Assembly: GCF_001194135.2 (NCBI RefSeq) | Contig: NC_068987.1 | Coordinates: forward strand, 4,009,102 to 4,073,101 | Length of the DNA stretch: 64,000 bases | Reading direction: 5' to 3' | DNA from: Octopus bimaculoides | Taxonomy: Eukaryota | Shown here: positions 1 through 12,772 of the stretch, in pieces | Layout: each line of letters begins with the position of its first letter | Position numbering within the stretch: position 1 is the first letter of the stretch | The notes under the pieces: generated by a model | What the model was told of the DNA's origin: nothing | The model's input: only the letters and a program-made list of their open reading frames with translations | Database searches by the model: none | Translations under genes and position numbers: made by a program

Positions 1-519
1 AATGAGGAAGTAGAACCCTCTCCCCACCAACTAAAACAAAATTCACACATAATCAAATAAACAATACAAAGTGTGAACAACTCGCTTAAACATGCTCTGA
101 ATCACAATAAGAGGCCACACGGAAAAAAACTGCAAGGACTGCTGTTAATTTCCCTATTAAGACCTTAATCTGCAACAAGGATCTTGCCCTCCCCCTTTCC
201 ACCCCCACTCCATAGAAGTGAAAACAAACAAACTANNNNNNNNNNAACATGCAACAATAAAACTAATGGCATCTATTCCGCTTGCTGCTGCTGCTGCTGC
301 TGCTGCATGAAGCTGTCTGCGGGTAAGATCTCCCATTTTATGTTTGTTTATTGCTGATAAGAATGGGAAGCCTGTAAAAACATTTACACTTGTGATAGAC
401 AGAACACACCCCGTAAATACACTTGCAGACAAAAGCGAGAATAATAATAATAATAATAGGGAAAGCCTTACCAAAAGCCAAATACAAAAACCTAAATTTA
501 ATAGATAGATACATCACCA

Positions 520-900
520 TCGTTTAACATCCGTTTTCCATGCTGGCATGGGTTGGACAGTCTGACTGGGGTCTGGAGAGCCAGCGGCTGCACCAGGCTC
601 CAATCTGATCTGGCAATGTTTCTACAGCTGGAAGCCCTTCCTAACGCTAACCACTCCAAGAGTGTAGTGGGTACTTTTTATGTGCCACCGGCACTAGAGC
701 CAGTCAGGTGTGCCTGGCATCGATCAGGGGCCAGTCAGGGGGTACTGGCACCAGCCATGTTCAGATGGTGCATGGCACATGCCACCAGCACAAGAACCAG
801 TCAGTGGGTACTGGCATCAGCCATGTTCGGTTGGGAGCGTGTGCTTTGGTGATCCATCCGAACATCAATTGCTGGCACTTTTGGCCGATCTGTCCAGGTT
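520..900 (-). mobile_element. Retroposon family A with (GAT)n tail and GGAAGGGCATCCAGC core (representative copy)
   Basis: About 20 copies in both orientations, e.g. 3330-3640, 8167-8440(-), 8490-8916, 9420-9630, 15349-15680, 16950-17060(-), 22790-22951(-), 24930-25570(-), 28400-28485, 29881-30046, 32400-32700(-), 62780-62990(-). Confidence 0.8.
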
Positions 901-1902
901 AGGCGTCCCTACACTGACACACTATCAATGGTGTTTCTGTTCCCGCTGCCTCACACATGGTTGAACGCACCCATCCATATCTAAGATACATCTAATGCAA
1001 AAATAACACCATGAAATGTACCAAGATTTACTGTTGTATAACTATAAATCCAGTTTTGAAATCATTCCTAATACTATTCGTGATTGATTGTTGAATGTAC
1101 AAGCTAGATGCCATTAAAATGGTTTAATTTCAAAATGAAATTATGAAAGTCTTGAAGTGTCAATCTAATGGATTTAGGAATGCTTTTGTCCCAAATTAAA
1201 CAAAGAAGGTGCCACATAAAAAGCACCTCTTCTGGTGCCACGTAAAAAAATACCTGAACTGGTTCCACATAAAAACGAAGTCTGTTTTGGTTTGGTTTCT
1301 ACAGCTGGATGCCGATCCTAATGCCAACCACGGTACCATCACCAGTGCTTTTTATGTGGAACCAACACTGGTGCTTTTTATGTGACACCAATGAAATGTG
1401 CCTCAATAAATTTCATCTGACTTATGCAAACATGGAAAAATGGAGATGAAATGATTATGATGAGGATGATAATAAAACATGCATACATGACAGGTTTTTT
1501 CTTAGTTTCTCTCCAGGAATTCCACTCCCAGAGTATTGGCTGGTCTGAGGCTCTAGTAAAAGACACTCAGGTTACCCGAAAGTAGGGTTGAACCTAGAAC
1601 TTCATAACAACATATCCATTTCAACCTCCCAGAATAATGGTTTTAAATTTTGACACAAGGACAGCAATTATAGGGGAGGGCTAGTCAATTTACATCAACC
1701 CCAGTGCTCATCTGGCACTTATTTATCAACCCTGAGGGGTGAAAGACAGAGCTGACCGTGTCAGAATTTGAACTCAGGTCGTCAAGTCAGACAAAATACT
1801 GCTAATCATTTTGCCGAACATTCTAATGATTCTGCCGTTTCACCACTTTAAACCTACCCAAATATTTGTGAATTATAGGTTTTACAATCTAAAATATCTT
1901 AC

Positions 1903-1945
1903 CTGGAATATGGGGCAGCTGCTACATATATATTCGAGACAGCAG
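1903..1945 (-). other. Candidate small exon (43 nt) of a - strand transcript
   Basis: Poly-T acceptor tttttcag| and donor |gtaaga flank CTGCTGTCTCGAATATATATGTAGCAGCTGCCCCATATTCCAG; a further acceptor at 371 is followed by UTR-like sequence. Confidence 0.35.
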
Positions 1946-2288
1946 CTGAAAAAAAAAAAAAAAAAAAAAANNNNNNNNNNNNNNNNNNNNNNNNNNNNNN
2001 NNNNNNNNNNNNNNNNNNNNNNNNNNNNNNNNNNNNNNNNNNNNNNNNNNNNNNNNNNNNNNNNNNNNNNNNNNNNNNNNNNNNNNNNNNNNNNNNNNNN
2101 NNNNNNNNNNNNNNNNNNNNNNNNNNNNNNNNNNNNNNNNNNNNNNNNNNNNNNNNNNNNNNNNNNNNNNNNNNNNNNNNNNNNNNNNNNNNNNNNNNNN
2201 NNNNNNNNNNNNNNNNNNNNNNNNNNNNNNNNNNNNNNNNNNNNNNNNNNNNNNNNNNNNNNNNNNNNNNNNNNNNNNNNNNNNNNNN

Positions 2289-2330
<42 letters not shown>

Positions 2331-2371
2331 ATATATACATACTTACTTATGTGAATGTGTGTGTGTGTGGG

Positions 2372-2402
<31 letters not shown>

Positions 2403-4142
2403 CTTTGTGTTTATGTTTGTCAAGCCCTCTGCCAACTGCTTGACAGCTGATGTTGGTTTATTTACATCTCCATAACTTAGCAGTTTGGTTAGAGAGACTG
2501 ACAGAACAAGTACCAGACTTAAAACAACCAAACTAAAACATAAGTACAAGGGTTGATTGTTTTTTGACTAAACCCTTCAAGGAGTTACCCCCAGGATGGC
2601 TGCAGTCCAATGATTGAAATAAAGTAAAATAACAATAATGGTTTCAAATTTTGGCACAAGGCCTGAAATTTCAGGGAAGGGGCTAGTTGATTACATTGAC
2701 CTCCGTGTTCGACTGGTACTTATTTTATCGACCCCGGCAGAATTTGAACTCAGAATGTAAAGACAGACAAAATTCCACTAAGGATTTACCTGTTGTGTTA
2801 CTAATTCTACCAGTTTGCTGCCTTAGTAAAAGACAAAACAATAATAATATTAGTTATCATACTCATTATAATTGTAGATGGCTGAACCAGCAGACAACTG
2901 GACAGAAATACTTAACAGTCGGTAGTCAGGTGGACTTTTAAAAATTTATTCAATGTCTGAGTGCAAATCCCGCAGGAGATTGTTTCTAGTTTTCACTGCA
3001 TTAGGCTCGATAAAAGACAAGTAGAAGGGAGTTGTTTTAATTAACTATTCCTCTCTCCTGTAAACTAGTGGCCTGCAGCCAAAGTGATTAATTGTTATAA
3101 TTAATATTATTTTTATTATTATTATAATTCTACTTGTTTTGGTAGCCACTGTTAGCATTGTCATCCTATTGGTTTTTACATCTGTTTCTCTATGCCATCA
3201 TGGGTGAGATGAAAGTTGTTAAAGGCAGTGATGTTTACCTGGATGCCCTGCCTGGCATCATCTCTTACTAGTTTGCAGTAAAGGGACTTTATTCCATGCC
3301 TTTACAAATTGATCTGTCAGATATTTTTGGCACATAAAAAGCACCATTCGAGGGTGGTCAATGGACAATGCCAGTGTTGCCTGACTGGCACCTGTGCTGG
3401 TGGCACATAAAAAACACCATTTGAACATGGTTGATGCCAGTGCTGCCTGACTGGCTCCTGCACCACTGGCACGTAAAAAGCACCCACTACACTCTCAGAG
3501 TGGTTGGTGTTAGGAAAGGCATCCAGCTGTAGAAACTCTGCCAGATCAGATTGGAGTCTGGTGCAGCTTTCTGGCTGGCCAGTCCCCAGTTAAACCGTCT
3601 AACCCATGCCAACATGAAAAACGGATGTTATATGATGATGATGATAAACTTTTCACACATACTAAACATAAATAAAAGCAAATTTTAAAAAAATAATTGT
3701 CTGATTTCAATGAAATAGTTAATTCTGGGACACCCTGTACATAGCAAGTACCCGTGTCATTTTCCATTATGCTTAAACTTTATTTGTTGTTGTGTATAAT
3801 TTGTTTATAATTTTTGTTACTGTCCTTCACGTCTGCTGACTTAAATCAGCAGTATTGTGCTTTTGACGCCACAAAATGAACAATCTTATCAATAATGGCA
3901 CGAAATTGTGATGATTTTTGGCTGACAACTGATGAGGGACGAGCATGTGTGCTTTTTCCCTTGGTGTTCCTTTGTTGTTCTGTGCAATTTTTTTTTACTA
4001 CATAAGTATAAATATATAACTACACACACAGAGAAATACCTTCTTCATCTCAGTAGCTCAATTGTCTTTACTTTTTTAGGCATTAAGATTCAATGAGGTG
4101 AAGTGAAAATATGAAATCAAATATAAATATAAATATATATAT

Positions 4143-4324
4143 AAACAATTGCAGCATGGAAGGTGTTTATAAGCCATTTAAGAAACACACAAAAAACGTT
4201 AGATTCACTCCAACGTTTAAATTTAATTTGCCAAAATATATTAAATTTAAATGTTGAAGTGAATTTAACGGTTTTTGTGTGTTTCTTAAATGGCTTATAA
4301 ACACCTTCCATGCTGCAATTGTTT
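4143..4324. repeat. 182-nt near-perfect palindrome (85-bp arms, 12-nt loop), probable MITE
   Basis: Outer 53 bp perfectly complementary; 4 mismatches in the inner 32 bp. Confidence 0.9.
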
Positions 4325-4872
4325 TCGTTCCAGCACACGATCTCAGATCAGGTTGCTTGCTATGCAAGTACATCTCTGTAATATTTATATATATATATAC
4401 ATGCACACATACACATATTTAACAACTAACTTACCTTGTTTCAGCCATTTTCCTAATTTTTGAAAAAGTAATGTTGAGATGAGATCAATTTAAAGTCGGC
4501 ATTGTGTTGCATGTGCAGAACAAATGGCACCGTTCCCAAACATCTGTTAGATGTTAACAGACTCCAACCACGGGAGATCTATAATCAAATAAATAAATAA
4601 ATAAATAATCTTTTAATCTTTTTTAGATTAAAAAAAGCAAAGCAAAACAAAAACGAATGAAGGCAGGCGTATATATACATATGTGCTCAAAGATATACTC
4701 AAATTTCTATGCAGTAAATTACATATAAGATCAAACGATAAGAACAATTGAATAATAATAATAATAATAATAATAACAGCAGCAACAACAACAGCAATAA
4801 TCATCATCATCATCAAAGACAAAAACACTGTACATTATGACCATCATTAGATTAATATCTATTTATACTTTA

Positions 4873-5073
4873 AGGCAGTGAGCTGGCAGAACCGTTAGCA
4901 CACCGGGCGAAATGCTTAGCCGTTACATCCTGAGTTCAAATTCCGCCGAGGTCGACTTTGCCTTTTATCCCTTTGGGGTTGACAAATTAAGTACCAGTTG
5001 TGTACTGGTGTCGATACAATCGATTGGCCCCCCCTCCCCCCAAATTTCGGGCCTTGTGTCTAGAGTGGAAAAG
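4873..5073 (+). mobile_element. Full-length tRNA-derived SINE (family B) with perfect 19-bp TSD
   Basis: Head GGCAGTGAGCTGGCAGA, B-box-like GAGTTCAAATTCC; TSD AATATCTATTTATACTTTA at 4854-4872 and 5074-5092. Related copies near 1620-1850(-), 2630-2830(-), 5810-6025(-), 12335-12485, 27310-27705, 30780-30960, 33180-33335, 40990-41200(-), 58995-59121(-). Confidence 0.85.
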
Positions 5074-5695
5074 AATATCTATTTATACTTTATAGTCAAA
5101 GGCTTTCCAGTCATGACCAACCCGTTCCATTTCTCTTTTTAAAGGAATAATGTACATTATCCACTGTGACTGTGACAGGAGAGCTCAATACAGCCTAGTG
5201 TTACAAATATGTAGAGTTTTATGTGTTTCTTCAACAAGTCTGCAGTCCCCAAACTTGCCAAATTCCAACTTTAGGCAAACTTTAAAATGATTAATTATGA
5301 ATTGTTAAGATGGGTTTACATAAAAACAATTAAAGATTGTTCCTGCCTGTATCTAAATGAGTAAGCCTGTAGAAATTTGACAAATTCTAGCATATCTGAT
5401 GAATCATGAAAATCTGGAAATTTCACTGCAATCCAATGCAAGTTTTTGTCTGAGAAAATTCAAAAAATCTGCAGTACAAAAATAACATAAGAATTATGTG
5501 CAAAAATAATACCATGTTTTGCACATTCACCAGAGTTAAATGTATTCTGTAATGGTTAAAATATAAGAACCGCATCTGAAACTTCCAACTTAGAAAACTA
5601 AAAAGATAAAAAACCTCAATTTCTCATAGGATTCATAATTTTGTTGTTCTCTACAGCTGTTTCACTAGATAGAGTGAAAACATTATTATATTATA

Positions 5696-5780
5696 GGCGC
5701 AGGCATGGCTGTGTGGTAAGAAGCTTGCTTCTCAATCACATGGTTCTGGGTTCAGTCCCACTGCATGGCAACTTGAATTT
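5696..5780 (+). mobile_element. tRNA-derived SINE family C head (representative copy)
   Basis: GGCGCAGGCATGGCTGTGTGGTAAG...GGTTCAGTCCC A/B-box-like motifs. Other copies near 7165, 28243, 30100-30290(-), 34000, 42835-43000(-), 43255-43340(-), 52260, 53625. Confidence 0.75.
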
Positions 5781-8700
5781 GAACCAAATAATGATAATAA
5801 TAATCCTTTCTACTATAGGCACAAGGCCTGAAATTTTGGGGGAAGGGACAGCCAATCATGTTCGACCCCAGTGTTTTACTGGTACTTAATTTATCAACCC
5901 AGTACATGACTGGTTCGTATTTTATCAACCTCGAAGGGGTGAAAGGCAAAGCTGACCCAGACGGAATTTGAACTCAGAACGTAAAGATGGATGAAATACC
6001 ATCAAGCATTCTGCCAGCTCACCACCTGATTACTACTACTACTACTACTACTACTAGAATTACAAGAGCAAGACTATGTTCTGTCATGTGAGACAGCATT
6101 TCAGGGTCTCACATAAAACTGCCGGCCTTGTGCCAAAATGTGAAACTACTGCTACTACTGTCACCACATTCACTTCTGTAACCACCACCACCACCACAAC
6201 AACAATGTAAGTACTACCTCCAACACATTCACTTTTGTAACTACTACTGCTGCTGCTACTACTACTACTGCTATTAATACTACTGTTGCTGCTACTACTA
6301 CTATTGTTAATACTGCTGCTACTACTACTACCACCACCACACGGAGCAGTCTGCAGTTTCTGTTTGCCATGCCATTCATGTCATTTGGGGACTGTTTTGT
6401 CTACCAGATATGGTAACTCTAACTCCTTCGCTCTGTGAAGGTAGCCAAGTGCAAAGAAAAAACGCAGGAAAGGGTTGAAAAGACGGGGGGGGGGGCGGAG
6501 GAGGAAGTGAAGGGTTAAACGTCAGAGAGAAAGCAGAACAGGAATGAGAATGTGAAAATATGGGAAATGGAAGTAGCATAGGTGCGGGGGTGGATGGTGG
6601 AAACAAGACTGGAAATAAGGAAATAAAAATAAAGTTAAAAACGAGAGAGAAATGTTAGACTTTTGCTCAAACTGCAACGAATCAGGTTTCTTCTAAGTAG
6701 GCCTGGTTTGTAAAACATTGCACTGTTTCACTATAAATATGTGGCGTGTGCGTGTGTATTCATGTGTGAGTATGTTAATGGTAGATGTGCCGGTGATGGA
6801 AGTTAGTATGTAGCGGGTTGCGATAGATAAGATTACGAAAGACGATATATCGGTAGATCAGATAATACATAAGACAGGCGAAAATGGAGTGTGAAATGAG
6901 AAATCAGACAAAATAAGTTGAATAAATTTCCGATGTTCACTGAAAACTTATCACAGCACCTGTTGATTGAATAAACCATTATATATTCTTGGCATCTATT
7001 TTATTAAACTTTGGAAAGAAATGGTAAAGAGTACCTTCTCCAAATCACTGGAGGTTGGATGTGAGGGGGAGTAGTAGTATTACGAACATGAAGCATTTAG
7101 GCTGCAAAGTTAACAAATACACACAGACACAGATGTGTGCGCACTACATACATATAAAGGTGTAGGTGTGGCTGTGTGGTCAAAGAGATTACTTTCCAAC
7201 CACATGGTTCAGGGTTCAGTTCCACTGCATGATACTCTGGGCAAGCGTTGTCTACAATATTCATGGGCTGACAAAAGGGCTGTGTGCGTGTGTGTGTCTG
7301 TCCCCCTCCCCCCACCATTGCTCGAAAACCAACGTTAGTGTGTTTATACCCCAGTAAACTTAGCAGTTCGGCAAAAGCGACCGACAGAACAAGTACTAGG
7401 CTTACAAAGAATAAATCCTGGGGTTAATTTGCTCGACTAAAGGTGGTGCTCCAGCATGGCCCGCAGTCAAATGACTGAAATAAATGAAAAAATAAAAGAA
7501 TATATATGTATAGTCACAAAGAATGGCCAGATGATTGTGATAATGAAGTCAGTTGACAGCTTTATCTCTCTGAAATATCACAGCAGTTGTCTGACATAAC
7601 CCGACAGGAACCTGAACATCTGCTCAAATGGGTGGTGGAATTGCTGGATAGCTAAGGTGGTAGTACATTGCTAATTTGACATAGCAGGTTCTTTAGGCAT
7701 ACTTGTAGATGAGGCATGCCACTCACTTTAGCACATCAACCTGGTGCAAAGCCTCCATTTGTTTAAAGACAGTGATACACCATTGTTCATCATTAACCGA
7801 ACAGATGACACACAAGTAATATATTTTTATATACAGGATGCCACAGAAGTAACGCCCTTTTTTTAAAACTACTACTATTACTACTACTACTACTGTGTTG
7901 GAACTATTGCTTCTGGAGAGGCTGTTGTTATTTAACCCCAGGTCAATCTTGCTTGGACAGATTTATGACCAATGATCACCAGATCTAACTAACACCACCT
8001 GACTCTTTTGTTGTGGAGTGTACTGAAAGCTCCCTGAATTAACACGGAAATATACCAAAATGGCTTGTAGAAGTGTTGCTGGTAGCGTTCGGCATTGGAT
8101 GTGAAGGGGAACATTTTGAACATGCTAATTAGTTTGTTAATCATAACAGATTATGCTCGGATGAGACATCATCATCATCATTATTTAATGTCCATTTTCC
8201 ATGCTGGCATGGGTTGGATGGTTTGATAGGCGCTGGCCAAGCTGGAAGACTGCACCAGGCTCTGATTGTCTGTTGTAGCATGGTTTCTACAGCTGGATGC
8301 CCTTCCTAATGCCAACCACTTTACAGAGTGGGCTGGGTGCTTTCTATGTGGCACCAGCTCCAGTGCTTTTTATGCGACACCAGCATGGGTGCTTTTTACA
8401 GGGTGCCAATTCGGGTGCTTCTTACATGACACTGGCACAATACTTGTAAATTTTCTTAAACTACTGTAATTTGTTTTCATTCAATAAAAGTGGCATGTAA
8501 CTGTGCTGGTGGCACGTAAAAAGCACCATTTGAGCATGGCGGATGTGAGTGCCACCTGGCTGGCACATAAAAAGCACCATTCGAGCGTGGCCAATGCCAG
8601 TACCACCTGACTGGCACCTGTGACAGCGGCATGTAAAAATCACCATTCGAGCATGGTCGATGCCAGTGCCTCTTGACTGGCATGTAAAAATCACCATCTG

Positions 8701-11090
8701 AACATGGTCGATGCCAGTGCTGCCTGACTGGCTCCCGTGCCAGTGACATGTAAAAAGAACCCACTACACTCTTGGAGTGGTTGTTGTTAGGAAGGGCATC
8801 CAGCTGTAGAAACTCTGCCAGATCAGATTGGAGCCTGGTACAGTCCTCAGTCAAACCGTCCAACTCATGACAGTATGGAAAGTGGATGTTAAACAATGAT
8901 GATGATGATGATGATGAAAAGTTAAATAAAAAATAGGGCGTTACTATTGCTTCACCCTGTATTATTTTAAAACCTCATCCAGCCATTAAATAAAATGTTT
9001 TCTGGCAATGTGTAACAGTGATAACAAACACATATGGTACCGATGGGAATGCTTGTCGGTTCTCAATGTGCAATGCTTAATTTTAATCTGCAAACTGAAA
9101 AATCAGAGATAAAATATTTTGATTAGGGAAAGTTTTTTAACACACAAATTAGAAAACGGTGACCTTGTTTCTTCTAGCTATCAACGTTTTATGTATTTGT
9201 CTTTGCAGAGGTTGAATGGTGCTCAAAGTGTTTCAATTTGAAGTACAATGCTTCCTCCTTTATTACACACAGGAACAAAGGAAAAACCTGCCATTAGAGT
9301 CATCATGTTTGACCTTTTACTTGTTTCAGTAATTGGGTTGCGGCCATGCTGGGGCAAGGTCTTGAAGGGTTTTAGTTGAAGAAATTGACACAAGTTCTTT
9401 TTAAGTCTGGTATTTGTCTGGCTCCTGTGCCAGTGGCATGTAAAAAGCAGCATTCGAACGTGGCCGATGCCAATGCCGCCTGACTGGCTCCCGTGCTGGT
9501 GGCATGTAAAAAGCACCCACCACACTCTCGAGGCCAGATCAGATTGAAGCCTGGTACAGCTTACCAGTCCTCAGTCAAACCGTCCATCCCATGCCAGCAG
9601 GGAAAGCGTACATTAAACAATGATGATGATGGGTCTCTTTTGCTGAACCGGTAAATTACAGGGATGTAAACAAACCAACATTGGTTGGTATTTGTTCTCT
9701 ACAACAAAGTGGACCAAGGTTTGTGGCATTAAATCCTTAAATATTCTGCAGAGATAATTAATCAATGAGGAGATAATTCACTGATACCGTGAAGAGGGAT
9801 TCAAAGACAGATTGTCTATGCGGTCACTTAACCTACTAGAAATAACAGCCAAATCACTCTCGAATCACACCCTGCTAGTTTTCGAATAGGATACACATGA
9901 TTATGCTGTTAACACCTTTCTGTAGACGAGGCATGAATGCCAAAGCTTCCAGTCTTCCTATTCCCTTTAATGTAAAGTGACAAGAATTATTTGGAACCAC
10001 TACTTCTCATTGGTGTTGGTGGTATAATGTTGCAATACTGTAACTGGAATTTCTTTGCAATGAAAGACTAGGTTTTGTTTCAATTCCTTGTTAGAACTTT
10101 TTTGCAGTTACTTCAATAATATCATTGGTGAACGTCAGACGTAAACCAAAACAGCCCCTCCCTTGTTGCCACCGCCGCTGCCACCACCTCCTCCATGTAC
10201 ATACAGATACGCTTCTAACACTCAGAGACCTCTTTGCTTATTTGAAGAACCATTATATAAGAAGATCATTTCATTATTATTACAAAAAGACATGATTGTT
10301 CAGACACAGTTTATTTTCTATTTCCACCCTCATCAAAACATCTATTCATTTGGGTACACCACCCAAGAATGATAGCTGTATAATTCATATTTCAGCTTAC
10401 ACTTGTGTGTGACTGTGTACGTGTGTATTCATATATGTGTGTGTGTGTGTGCACGCGTTTACATATGCATTGATTGACACAAGCACATATATCTATAAGA
10501 CTAATGGCTCTTTTAAGTTACTGGTGATTCACCCAAACTGGCACTCCGCCGGTTATGTCAATGAGTGTTGGCAGTGGATCCAATCAATGCAACAGCCTGT
10601 TTGTGAAATTAATGGGCAAGTGGCTGAGCACTCCACAGACACGCATACTCTTAGTAGTATGTATCAGGGAGATACAACATGATGCAGAATGTGGCAAGGC
10701 TGGCCCATTCAATTACTGGTACAATTACAATTTTTGCTGGCTGAGTGGACTGAAGCAAGGTGAAATAAAGTGTCTTGCTCAAGGACGCAATGTGCCACCA
10801 GGAATCAAACTCATGACCTTCTGATCTTGAGCCAAATACCCTTGGTCGCTAATCCATGCCCCTTCACCTATAGCGTAAAATCGTGCGCGGACAGGATGCT
10901 GGATGCACTTTTGCCAAATGGACGTAAATCTGAATGACACAATGCTGAATGGACATAAAGCCAAATGGACACAATAATAATAAAAAAAAATACATTAAAC
11001 GTTCCTATCTATATAGTTTAATGACCAATTCACCAATTTGGCACTTAAGATTTAATGAGATTAAATTTTAATTTCCGTATGTCTTTTCAG

Positions 11091-11292
11091 CCTCTTGACC
11101 GTTCGGCTTTTTGTTCTTCGGCATTGCATCCATGTACTGGGTAAAATACAAGAGTGTGTCCAACTAGAATGCCTCAGGCCACCATCCACAGAAGGGACTA
11201 TCTTGTCTAACTGGCCAGATTCCGTGCTTACTTTAGCAGCAGGATGGGCAAAATGGAAAACCAAAACCCTTCCTGATCTCATTGTTTGTTAA
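11091..11292 (+). CDS. Possible terminal coding exon of unknown gene (LTVRLFVLRHCIHVLGKIQECVQLECLRPPSTEGTILSNWPDSVLTLAAGWAKWKTKTLPDLIVC*); strand uncertain
   Basis: Strong acceptor gtcttttcag|, GC-elevated non-repetitive block and an open frame; the - strand is also open (73 aa) with an acceptor at 11136. Confidence 0.3.
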
Positions 11293-11667
11293 ACATCTGA
11301 TGTCTTGGATTTACATCGGAACAAAAATCTGTGCTGGCAATGATATCTATAGAATATTTGTAGAGATAACTTTAACAAGTCATCTTCAATTAAAACCCTT
11401 CAAAGCGGTGCCTCAGCTTGGCTACAGTCCAATGATTAAAACAAGTAAACGATAAAAAAAAACCCCAAAACCCAATTAGAATTGAATTTCTATTCCACAG
11501 CATATTGAGCAGATACATTATAAATAAAGCCACAAAAGATGAGGGTCGGAGTCCCTCCAACAATGCATACTATTTAATAAATAACCCATCCTAGAAACAG
11601 ATCTGTAAATGAAATCATTCTTCATGATATTTTCACTTCCTCAATGTCCACAATATAAAATACCACG

Positions 11668-11721
<54 letters not shown>

Positions 11722-12772
11722 CATACATCAATTCAATTAGCTAGACAGCCTTGCCTTGAAATGTGTGACCTACTGCCACACATGGAATCATTATTTGTAG
11801 CTTTAGGACACAATCTTGAAATTCTTTTGCAGAATGAAACAGAGGAGAGGAAAACAGAAAAGAAAAGAAAAAAAACCTAACAAATAATTTCTATTTATTG
11901 AAAACATTTTCCCTGTTTCATTTTTTTCATTGTTTTTAAAATCTAGAACTTTAAAATATTGAAGAAAACTATAAATAATACAGTTCTATATTTAAGAGAT
12001 GAGGAATTATGTACATTATTTACATTTGATGGATATTTGTCCTCATCTTGTTTGTTGTTAACGGTAACGAAAGGGTTAAAACATGCTGTCCTCCACCCCC
12101 TGCCAACTTATAAGACTGTAAAAGAGTTTGGAGTTTGTTGATGAAGAATTAGTAGACTACACCAGAGAAGTTCCTTTCACTGACGCTTTTATATTAACTC
12201 AGAGATAAAAGTGTTAATAGAAGTAATTTGTGATAATATCATTTTTACCCACCATTTAGTGAGACTTGGTGAGTTAATGACATGAAAGGATAATTAACAT
12301 GGAAGTTAATTACATATCTGTATTAACAACAAAGCAGTGAGCTGGCTGGCAGAATCGAGAGAATGGTTGGTAGTATTTCTCCCAGTTTTTTTACCTTTTG
12401 AGTTCAAATGCTGTTGACGTCAACCTTGCTTTTCCTCCCCTCAGGGTCAATAAAATAAAATACTAGTCAAGTACTGGGGTTGATGGATTTGTACCCTGCA
12501 ATGGACCAGCAACCCGTTCGAGGAAATGCTATGGTCTCAGTCATTTAATATGCCATGGAAAGTGGGTAATGAGCTAAATGAGTCCAGGGGCTGAGGAGAA
12601 AAAAAACAAAACAATTGAATTTCAACTGGAATCAGTGGCTAATGGGAGCTTTGAGGGGAGGGTGTGTAATAAACAAAATATATATTTTTCACTGTAAATT
12701 TAACGATGATGATGATGATGGTGATGTTGTTGTGGATCTTCATGAAGATGTAAAATTCATCTTTGTATTTAC

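Noticed and set aside
3940-3965. CTGATGA motif suggesting a hammerhead (also 13665, 32766)
   Set aside because: No downstream helix II plus GAAA arrangement.
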